From: Saccostrea echinata
Taxonomy: Eukaryota
Direction: 5' to 3'
DNA: 64,000 bases
Assembly: GCF_033153115.1 (NCBI RefSeq)
Contig: NW_026889803.1
Coordinates: 55,986,001 to 56,050,000, forward strand
Shown here: positions 12,505-30,000 of the stretch, piece by piece
How positions within the stretch are numbered: position 1 is the stretch's first letter
Layout: each line of letters starts with the position of its first letter
The notes under the pieces: model-generated
The model's input: only the letters and a program-made list of their open reading frames with translations
Database searches by the model: none
What the model was told of the DNA's origin: nothing
Position numbers and translations under genes: made by a program

Positions 12505-12837
12505 TTAAGGACAAATGATACAAACAAATTTTTATCAAAAATCTTGAAAATAACAACTAAAGTCATGTACTTTATATAAGTAAATTGAATAAGTTTAACC
12601 GCATATATTTTTATTTTTCTTTTAAAATTTCACAATAATTGGATTTAAAGTGACAAAAATTTGTATAGATTAATAAAGATAGCTGCAAAAAGGTGGATTT
12701 TGAACATCGTAGAAAGTTTACAATTTCTTAATATTTTAGAAATTTAATATTCTAATCATTTAGAACCATGCAGAATAGGTAAAAAAATATATACCAATCC
12801 AGGCATCCATTTTTTCGTTTGTACCATCTGTCCCTAA
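12505..12837. mobile_element. Kolobok-like MITE, copy 2
   Basis: TTAAGGACAAATGATACAAAC versus GTTTGTACCATCTGTCCCTAA: a 21-bp inverted repeat with 3 mismatches, TTAA-like ends. Confidence 0.65.
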
Positions 12838-13683
12838 CAAATCTTTTTTATTCACAACTACAGAAGCTTTACGATACTGCACCAAACAACCTTCCAAGCA
12901 TTTAAAATCAAGCAATTTAAAATGATATCCCCTTAAAGTCCTTCTCTTTCTGAAACCATAGGGAATGAGGAGCAAAGGGCATTAGAAATTTCATAAACTA
13001 TCTCAACTTTGACACTGCTTTTATTTCTTAATAGGATGTGTTCATGAATGAATTTTATTCTTATACTCATTAAAATATAAATGAAATATAACACATGAAC
13101 ATAGAAAGGAGTAAAAATAAAACAGAGGCTACATTTCCTCCAAAAAATAATAAACATTCCAGTACTACATGTATTTACATACATGTACTTGATATGTGTT
13201 TGGACTCTCCATCTTTGCAGACTATTCACTACTCCACCTTGTAAACTTCTGACAATTTGACACTAAACAATTTACATATGCACTGGAAAGTCAAAAGCAC
13301 TTATCAAAAATTGGAATTTGAAACTAATACATCTGTATATTCATAAAATAAAAAAGAACAATATGAATACATGAAAATACACATCCATATTCAATTGAGA
13401 TTTAATTTTGGGTTTCCTTCTGCATACACTGAAGAAATTTTGGATGGGATTAAATGCATAGTTATGTACCAAAGTCCAAAAACAATGTGGACTTTACAAC
13501 AAGGATTTATAAACAATGTAAAATGGTTTTAAGTAAGAACATCAATAGGAACATAAAGACGTAAAATAAAATGTAAAATAACATATATACATGCTTTCAA
13601 ATACTTGTGATCTCGAGTCATATGATTGTTCACTTGTGATACATGGATTCATTGTGATAAAGCATCCTAAAGTTTTATTCCCG

Positions 13684-19458
<5,775 letters not shown>

Positions 19459-19959
19459 TTATTTCTTCTATTGTTACATTTCCCTGAAACAAGAAAAAAA
19501 TTGCTACAATAGGGCCTAGTACATGTACAATAAATGACAAATAGTAAATTAAAAAATCTTAAAGAGAACATAACAGTCAAAACGTTAATGTTATATGAAT
19601 AGATGCAGAACACTTTAACAAAATATTTTTGTTTTACCCATATTTTTACTGATAATCACAACTATATCCCAAGTCAAATCAGTCAGGTTACACCTCTTTT
19701 AGATAAGAGCGACCCATAATCGCCACGCTGGACTTTACAGTGCAGTGGCCATGACAAGTGTCAACAACCCTGACCACAGTTGACCAGAAAAAGGAGTTAT
19801 TTCCACTCGTAACGCTCTTCAGTATTGTGTTTTACTTAACTTAATCAATTTTCAGATAATTGTTTTTAAATAAAACTTACTATTTTATTCCCTTCGAACA
19901 ATATATTAGAGTCGTTAATCAATAAAGGTACAGTCGTTGCAATATGAGAAACGACAAAT

Positions 19960-20030
19960 CCTATTGGTTGAGAATTCACGATCGATAACTCCAATCTACT
20001 TTCACTTTCCCGACGTTGAAAGGGGCGGGT
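19960..20030 (-). promoter_or_regulatory. Putative PQLC1 promoter (GC box, two CCAAT boxes, IRF-type element)
   Basis: CpG-enriched patch with GGGGCGGG 20022-20029, CCAAT 19991-19995, ATTGG 19963-19967 and GGAAAGTGAAAGT (minus) 19998-20010. A donor GTAAGT at 19875-19880 would end a non-coding first exon. Confidence 0.45.
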
Positions 20031-20123
20031 CTCGAAGAATGTAAAGTCTTCTTCTTCTTCGATAGATACTGAGCTGGGATCTTCAAAGAGCATTTATGCT
20101 ATTCTTGTCGATATTGACTAAAC

Positions 20124-20166
<43 letters not shown>

Positions 20167-20787
20167 GAAAAAAAGAAAAAAGAAACTGAACAAAAGTTTT
20201 AAGGAAACTTTAAACACTGCTCACTGAAGAGTTCTAGTTCCGTGGTAGTATCTGTACATGTATTTTCATATATGGCAAGAAATTGGTACTGTGTTTTGAG
20301 GTCATACTTTTGTACCCTAGGGTACATCCCCTATTTATCCTTTAGCAATAAGGTTACAAAAAGGTTACAGTACAAAACCATTGAAAAATGAAAGATTTTT
20401 TCCTATCTATTCCTATGTAAAACTTTGATCCCTCATTGTGGCCCACCCTACCCCCGGGGGTCATGATTTGAACAAACTTGAATCTACACTCCATGAGGAT
20501 GCTTCAATATAAGTAAGAAGTTATAAATGCTTGTGATATGAACCTTGAGTAAACTGACTTCACATTTTGCATAATACAGTGCGAATAGTTTTGTCAATGT
20601 CAAAATCTGACTTTTAACATACTAGTACATTTTGTATCAAGATTCTGCAGTGCAGTTATTTTTATATTTAAATCCACTGTAGACTTTCTTATTTCTTATG
20701 AAACCACTTTGTTCATCAATCAGTAAACTGATTCAATTAATTAGGCCACCTGTATAGATTTCTTGTGCAAGGTGCTTTCATAAATTT

Positions 20788-20891
20788 ATCTCGGCTGAGC
20801 TTTGGATTAGCTGGATAATTGGACTGATGCCTTTACCAAAAATGAAGGCATCAGTCCAAATATCCATATTGAGCCAAATCTCAGCCGAGAT
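20788..20891. repeat. Imperfect palindrome (miniature foldback element)
   Basis: ATCTCGGCTGAG...TGGACTGATGCCTT - loop - AAGGCATCAGTCCA...CTCAGCCGAGAT. Confidence 0.8.
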
Positions 20892-23800
20892 TAACTGAAA
20901 ATGTATTATTGCATGTGGATATCAATTTTAAACTAAAGGTACTGTAAGCAATGAGCTCACAAAATGATGCCCCTGGTCCTATATAATGGCAAAATCCATG
21001 TTTTTCTATGGGAAATCCCAAATACCTGTCCAATCAAAACGTAAAATAGAAGGTGCATAATGGCACTATGTAATAAAGATTCTGTAAGAGTCTCCTTAAA
21101 TTTATTTAGTGGTACAGGAGTAGTTCCAGATAAGAGATGGGTACCCCCAAGCTTTACAGATGTATGAGCGGACACCCCACCACCCGCTTTTTAAGTGCAG
21201 GGTATAATAATAAGTATATGTATGCTATTTTAAAGGTGTAAACATGTTCTTTCAATTTTTATTAAATTTTAGCATTCTTTGTAGGCATGCATCTCTCTCG
21301 GGATTTTAGACCAGTTCTGTGAATTTGTGCTGAATATTTTTGTATGTGTATGAATGTATCTGAGAAAGAGAAAAGAGTATGTCTACATTTGTAAGCATGA
21401 GCAAATAACACTTCTGATGTTGAAATATTTTCCATTAGCTCAATAATTAAATACCTGTACTGTTAATCCTAGTTCTGGAAATCATCTCTATATAGTACCA
21501 GTATATATGTATACTTTTACATCAAAATCATCACTGTTTATATCAATACATAATTGTGCAAAAAATAAATCACTAAACACCTGCTGAGATGTGACTTATT
21601 ATTTTTTTTTTATTCATCATTAATACACAAGAAACTTTCCACCTGTACTTTGTAGAAACAAGGTATTTTATAATCACTAGGGGAAACACCAAATGTTGAA
21701 ATGAACTTGATGGATGACCATTCCTAAAAGTTTAAATTAAAGTGTGTTAATTATGTTACATGTACTGACAATGTGAAAATTGTTTCTCATATATTTTAAA
21801 AGAAGCTGGGAAACAAAATTCAGTAAGAAGACTAAGCAGTATTTGGCACAACTTCAATCAAGTTACTGGTACATAGAAGCTCAATAAAGACTTAAAACCC
21901 CTCCACTGAATAAGCACTAATGGAAAAAACACTATCTTTGCATTGGTTTGTCACACTACTGCTCTGAATTTATGCAGTTAACAAAAGGAATGTCTTTTAG
22001 CCTCTACATTCAATTATCGCTAGTGCAAGCATACAAACTCTAGTACAAAAAAGTTAAAAATATATGAAGCTTGACAGGAAAATAAGGAGAAACCAGAGAT
22101 GACACAGATTTAAACAGCTATCTGCTTCATCATTTTCTGGGTACCAGGGATCATTTATACCTTAAAAATACACCCAGATAGTGCTTTAGACATTGATGTT
22201 TACGTGTCCAGAGTAATTAATACATTATGCTCTAGTACATGCATATATGAACAATTAATCTGCTTTCATCTTGCTTTTCAAATTTACAATTTACAATGTC
22301 TCATAATTTTGCACCCTTGTAAAATGAGAATAAATCTGTCAACCTTACTTTGAATGTACATTGCATTTTCTGAATAAATGTAAATAAATACTCTTAGACT
22401 TTTCTGTCTATCATAAATAATAATAATGCATACTTCATTTATTTAATAAAGTAACTATGAAGTAAAGATTTTTGGTCCAGGTTTTCAGAAATAATCATCT
22501 AGTACAGTTATAATACATTAACCTACACTCTACATGCCATATATTTTCAGATAAATAATATGTGAACACTGTAAAACACTTATGCATTAAATTGGAAGTT
22601 TTTAAATTACTTACGAAAAGCCAAATGTAAATGTCTTTAAGTTTAAGAATACATTCATGTAACAGGTACATAAATTTTCATTTAATTTCAAAAATCAATT
22701 ACACTTTCAAGAGAGACTTAATAAACCACTGATGAAACACCACACAGGGAAAATCAACAATACAAAATTAACAAGCCTGAGATCACCTCAGATTATTGTG
22801 ACATCATCACAAAAACTGATGATGTCAGCACATAGACACAGCATTCATCTCATTAATGGAACACATGATCTCACATATCCACATATCTCAACATTCATGA
22901 TAAAATTTTCAACTCTTCATCACAGATCAAACATACTTCTGCAAGTCTTACAATATCTCATAAACACATACTCCGCACAACACTGAACATCTTAAACAAA
23001 TACATGAACAAATTTTATCTATACACACTATACAGAAAACACATCAATTGTAAATCATTGAAAACATGAATACTGAAAAATAACAATTAAGACATTCGTA
23101 AGAAATTTACTGTCAAAAGTCCTTATGACCATAATGCTCACCTGAAACACACTTAGGTGCCATTAAAATTTTTTAACCTCCTTTTGTGGCTCAATCCCGG
23201 TGCAAGGGAACATGATTTAACAAATCTGAAAATATGATTCTGAGGTCTGTGTCCCTGTTGTTCTTGAGATTATTTTATAGATTTGTGCTACAATGTATAT
23301 CTTCCTATATAATAATTTGACACCCCTCCCTCCTTTAGTGGCCCCCACCCTAGCCATGGGGACTCTGGTTTGAACACGCACTTGATTCTATACTATGTAT
23401 GAAAGCTTTTGATTAAATCTAGTCTTTTCTGGCCCAGAGGCTATTGGAAAAATATTGCTGTTTATGTACTACAGGGTACATTGTATTTTTTAGCAGAAAT
23501 GATTTTTTTTAGCATTGATATGAATTAGCATATTTCTAAATGTATGTGTTAGTACCCAGTTTATGTTTATACAAGAATCTAGTGATGTATTTAATTAATA
23601 GCAGAAGCTGCTTTCCCAAAAGGCCCTAATAGAATATGCAGCCAGCCATAATAATATGTTTACAGTAACAGTAGAGTAAATGACTGCACCCTATTTTCCT
23701 ATCAGAAAAAAAAATCAGCCTTTGGCTACGGTTAGGTAAAAAAAAAAATTCTGAAGGAAGTTCAAGTAAATCACAAAATAAATAATTCAGCACTTCAGTA

Positions 23801-24002
23801 TGTGAAACAGCAACATAAATTACAAGTCTATCACTGTTTGAAAGGGTTTGTAATCACTGAAAATCATTAAGATAAGCTGGCGATTCTGCATACCACTGAC
23901 TTCAACATAAAATATAAACTGACGTTTTTTCAGTATTGGTTACTGTCCATCAGTTTTTCACTCTCTTTAATTGTCTAATACAAGTAGGGGGACTACATGT
24001 AC

Positions 24003-27000
24003 TTATGAAGATGGCATCTGTGGCACAACATTGGCAGTTGTATGTGGTTCATAATTGACTAGTCTCTGACCCACCAGATATCTACAAATACACAAATAAC
24101 AGATAAACAGACCTGCTTGCACTTTGAAAAAAACTGACTATCTACATTAAATCAGTTGATTGTGGACCTGCCCTTCTTTGAGAAGTTTTGAAAAGACTTT
24201 AGCCTTATTGTGTTCTAGCACAGGTCTATACATTGTGACTTCAAATTTTGGCCCCACCATCATTTTTAGTGCAATGGTTTAAATTATTTGTATTTTATAT
24301 TATTTCCCCTTGGAAAAAAGCATGGCCCCTTGAATGCGAAAACTTAAATTTCCTTTTTTAACAACTGGCCACCTGATTCTAGTGTAGGGGTTGAAAATGT
24401 GAATTCATGTACTTAAATATTAGGTGAACTTTAAAGAAAAAAAATCATTTTTTCTTTACAACAGTAAGTTTCCATGCATCAATTTACAAAGCTATAAAGG
24501 TGAAGTTAAAAACTGCTTTAACATTTGTGGTATAAACATTGTGGAACAAAGCATAATCAAATTGTCTTACTTGTCAGCTGGAACTCTATGTAAAATTATC
24601 AAAATCTTACTTGTCATTTTTGATGTGTTCATAAAGTCTTTTAAATTGGCGGATTTGGAATATAAGTATCAGTACACCTATTATGCAGGCAAGAAGGAAT
24701 GGGTAAATTCTTCTTAAAACCAAATTTTCAACTTCAAATGGAAAACCTGAAAAAAATTATAATAAAACAGCTTGATTTATTTTTCTCCTAGATGATTTCA
24801 TAATGAATGTTTCCTGTCAATAATGATTTAGAGTTAATCAAATGTAGACATACTGTTCAAAGCAAACAGCTACATGTATCTTACCTAGAAAAGGGACAAT
24901 ACTCCTGGCTACCACATATGGAACAGATATTGACATTCCTAGTACCCCAATGACAGGGGCACATAACTTTGTCAGAATAAAACGAAGGTTCATGTTGCGA
25001 ATGCCATCATTATACACCTGAAACAGAACATATGAACACACATTCACATTTATATATTCCAAGTCACTGAAGATGTCATCTCACATGACATTTGATTGAT
25101 GCACTGTCCACTAACCTGTTCTATGACCCTTTTGAGCCACCACTGGGGCCCCATCATTGTAACAGCAGTTACAATTTTGGCATGTAGTACACCAAGTGCC
25201 CAGTCCTATAAAATGTTGAGAAAGTTATTACAAAATTTATAGGCATACAAAACAGGATTGAATTAAAAGTTGGTCTTTAAGATGTGACATAAAAAGCAAT
25301 TTGTGAGTGTAATATTTTTAAAACAACAATCATTCATACCTGCCATGGAAAAAATATGGGAGTTTGGTCCAGAGGCACTCGAAGTGGTGCAACCACTACC
25401 AGTTCAAACAATAGGCCCAGTAATAATGGCACCATTCCAATCAACAGAAAAGCCACAAGAATACATTTAGAAGCCTATATAAAACAAAAATACAGTACAA
25501 AAAGGGGAAGCCACTAGTTTCAAAAACCCAGTAATAATTTATCATCCATCCCAACTTTCTGACATAAGAAAAAAAAACCCTCCTCCCATACTGATAAAAA
25601 CAAGGAAGAAAGAAATCAGTGTTTCAACCCCTCTCAGATAAATCTTTCTGTAATAGTTGCTAATGTACATGGAGTTTCTTAATGGTTCACTCTCAATGAA
25701 GACATTTACATGTATTGTTGAATACATATACTGGGTAATAACATACCAGGAAGACCCACTCCTTGACCTTGTTGAGGATAACTGAGGTGCCCTGAGGGAT
25801 CCAGTTATATAAAACTGTCCCTATCCTTAACACCACCCAACAGACATAAAGACCACAGGCTGCCGTGTAAAGCTCGTGGATCTTAGCATCTCCCATCCAC
25901 AGGGACATCAGCTTACGACCAACGAACACTGCCAGAGAAATATATCACAAGTGATGAACAGGACATTCAAACACTGAAGTGCTGAATTAAGTACTGAATA
26001 ATAAATTCTTACACATACCAAATATATGTATACTTACCTGGCAATACTAAGGAAACCAAACTCATAGCAAACAAAGTAAAACACAGACAGAGGACAAGGA
26101 GCACAATCTAAAGCAATAAAAACATTGTATATTAGAAAATCTGCCAATATGTCGTCATTTAGTTGTCATCGTTTTAAATATCTACAGTTGTGTCTTGCAA
26201 AAATATAAGAAATTATAAATTCTGCTGAGACATATGTTGTATGAAATAAAATTTCTAATTTTTAAAAAAATTTTCATAGCAAAAATCTCACTCTGAGTGG
26301 GAAAAGTGGTGGTCTTTTGTAAGACTGGAATCCTGTTGGTCCCCCACCCTGTAACATGGCAACATGGGCAGCTCTCAGTCCCCCACCTGCAGGGGGTGGA
26401 GCTGGGTTATTGGGTGGAGCCGGCTGGGCCTGAACAGCTGGTTCACCCTCTACCACATTGTCCTAAAATTTACAATGAAAATTATTGTTAATACTTATCA
26501 ATGACTGATATTTACAGTCTGTCAGTATCACTGGCTTACAAATGGAAACAGTTCACAGCATATGTGAAAGAGTGTCTACTGTAAACCAACTATTATTCGC
26601 GTCAACTTTTATTTGCGATTCATCGGTTTGAAATCAATCCGCGACGATTAATTTTCGCGACTGAGGAAACATTCTCTACAAAAACAAAGCAAAATAAATG
26701 GTTCACGGCGATAAATATTCGCGAGTTAGAGTAGGTCGCGAAACTCGCGAATATTTCTCGCACGCAAATAAAAGTTGGTTTACAGTATATTGCAATATTC
26801 TTGCTTTACTTTAACAACAGCCACAACACTGCACCATAGCATATTTACTGCACAATTACAATTGAATAACTTAAGTATAAACATATAATTCTACCTGTAT
26901 GTCTCTATAACTGTGAAATCCACTTTCCATTTCAATATGATGAAAACAGAACAATCATATTTACCCCATCGTGTAATGGTGCATCTCCCAATAGATATGA

Positions 27001-30000
27001 CCTCAAACCCAGAAAATAAGCCACGCCCACCGTCCAGCCACGTATCAACCCCTTCAGCCACATGCGAGTGTGTCCCTGCTCCAGTAATGCAGGCAGTACC
27101 ACTTGTAACAGAAGAAGCTCTAGGGAGAGTTCACTAACAGGGGCATCACTGAAACAAAACAGATACTCTGTAAACTTGTTACAGGTTATCAACAATAATT
27201 GTCCACACAGGTACTTAAAAATTCAGTCTAAAAGTAAATAATGACCATCCAAATCAAATAATGTCTCAGTGTGTACCTTGACAACATAACATGGTAAGGT
27301 AGAAATGATGTCAAGACTTTTCTAATGACACGGGCTGGCAACCATAACATTAATAAAACTGTGCTTCCAAAAATCACCTGAAAACAGAGAAAATAATGTG
27401 CAACTAGAAAAATTGCTGGAATAAAAGGCTTGAGGTGAGACACAATATCCACTGCTCACTAGAGTACTTACAACAGAAGCCAAAAATCTCCTGGCATGTC
27501 TGTACACTGGTAGGTGTATCATCTACAAGCAGATAATCAAAATTATCAAATACTTTTCTCAGAATTTCATTACTCTTTCATAAGAGTAAACCATTCAATA
27601 CATTTGAGCAAAGAAATGCTGAGTTGAAAATGTACTTTTTGGCTGATCATAAGTTCATACAAAGATTTAAGTTATGATATCTCTGAACAAAAAAAGTTAT
27701 CATAATCAATTTTTGGCACATGTCCATGCCCTTACTCTGTCCATGACAGATGATAAGACCATAAACTTTGCAACTGAAAGTCCAGCTTCACTACCAATGA
27801 GGAATGTGTGTACATGCTATTTAGTTCTTACAAATGTATTATTTACTCAGAGTTTTAAGGATAATGTTGATTTCCTACCTCCTGTATGGGATTGAATTCT
27901 GGGTCATTCAGATTTCTGAGGAACCAGAGGACCCCTGGTCTGAGGACCTCTCTAAGGAGGAGAATGAAGGAGGCAAAGTAGAAGACATATACCATCCCCA
28001 CCAACCAGTGGATAAACATGGAGGTCCCTGGTGCTGCATGGAAGCTGTTTTTCCTGTCCTTCAAGGTAGCATCAAACATTGACTGCAAAATACAAAGAAA
28101 CATTAACATGGCAGTTCTGCTCCTATTCTTAACAAATATTTGAGATGGTGATAATTTTCTATATGTATTAAGCTGCAGTAATACACATGTACCTTAAATT
28201 TTGCATTTACTTTTGAATCTTACCAAGGAACAAATATCAAGCCACCAGCCACAAATGACAGGAAACACACCCACTTCTATAACAACTAGCAGCATCACCT
28301 TGACAACAACATAACAAAGGCCCAGCACTCTGCGGAACCTGTGTAATAAGAATTATGACTAGAGTTTAATACATTTATTGACCAGTTTTAGTCATGATAT
28401 ATTCATTGCAACAAATAATTACATTTTTTTTTCATCCAGCAGCATTTTCGTGTGCTTGCAATAGTTTTTGATTGGCATTTTTCTCTTTCAATCATAAGTA
28501 CCTAAGTTATACATGTAAACAGTAAATTTGGCATTGGTTCCATAATATTATGAATTTCTTTTGATGCCATAAAGACAGTAGTGTGAAAATTCTGAAGAAA
28601 CAATTTGAACTACGTTTTGAAAATGTTAATTATTAATGTGATTTTAAGTTTGTAATTTTTACAGCTTACTTTCTAAGTTTGGCTATGGAACATAACATGT
28701 AGAGAATGATAAGAGCTTACTTTCTAAGTCTGGCTATGGAACACATCATGTAGAGAATGATAAGAGCTTAGTTTCTAAGTCTGGCTATGGAACACATCAT
28801 GTAGACAATGATAAAAACTTACTTTCTAAGTTTGGCTATGGAACACATCATGATAAGAGCTTACTTTCTAAGTTTGGCTATGGAACACATCATGTAGAGA
28901 ATGATAAAAACTTACTTTCTAAGTTTGGCTATGGAACACATCATGATAAGAGCTTACTTTCTAAGTTTGGCTATGGAACACATCATGTAGAGAATGATAA
29001 GAGCTTACTTTCTAAGTTTGGCTATGGAACACATCATGTAGAGAATGATGAGAGCTTACTTTCTAAGTTTGACTATGGAACACATCATGTAGAGAATGAT
29101 AAGAGCTTACTTTCTAAGTTTGGCTATGGAAAACATCATGATAAGAGCTTACTTTCTAAGTTTGGCTATGGAACACATCATGTAGAGAATGATGAGAGCT
29201 TACTTTCTAAGTCTGGCTATGGAACACATCATGTAGAGAATGATAAGAGCTTACTTTCTAAGTTTGGCTATGGAACACGTCATGATAAGAGCTTACTTTC
29301 TAAGTTTGGCTATGGAACACATCATGTAGAGAATGATAAGAGAAGCTGAGATTACAATGTATCCTATCATGGTAGTCAGGAGGCCTTCAAAGTGGGTGGA
29401 TTCCACCTGTAACAGAGAACTCAGGTGAGGCAAAGCAGTCCATTAGTATGTACCTACAAGCGTATATTGTAAGAGGAGAAAAAATCCATTCTGATGGAGT
29501 GCATACCATGTCATCCATCTTCATTCCAACCATGGTGAAATGTCCAATATGGTAGGGACAAAAAGCTAAAAATAAATGTATATGTACATTGAAAAAAAAA
29601 CAAAAAACAAAACAAATACAGCTGACACAGACATGAACAATCAATGTTGTCAATGTTTTCAAAAAATAAACAAAATGAAAAAAAAAAAAATCTACTAAGG
29701 TAGTTTTTATAAATAAGATAAAAATCATGTACATCTTGTAAGTGAATAAAATTGTTTTAGTATAATGACTGGCTGCTGATTTAATATCTACTCACCAAAT
29801 ACCAGTATAAATAAGGTATTCAAAGACACCACCCAGAAAACATGTTCCTGCAAACAGACACCATACAGCAATCAACAAACAAAATCTCAGAATATGTTAA
29901 AAAGTGAAATATACATTGTACCGGTAGTTTATAATAATTATGTACCAGAAAAACAAGTGAGCCATCCAATCCCAGAAGTCTCTCCCATGTCAGTTCTTCA

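Noticed and set aside
19866-20093. 75-aa ORF as a coding first exon of PQLC1
   Set aside because: Splicing to the 19483 acceptor is out of frame with the PQ-loop CDS, and the region is packed with promoter motifs.
28663-29341. CRISPR-like appearance of the regularly spaced repeats
   Set aside because: No unique spacers, eukaryotic intron context and no cas genes. The units are contiguous copies of the exon/intron junction.
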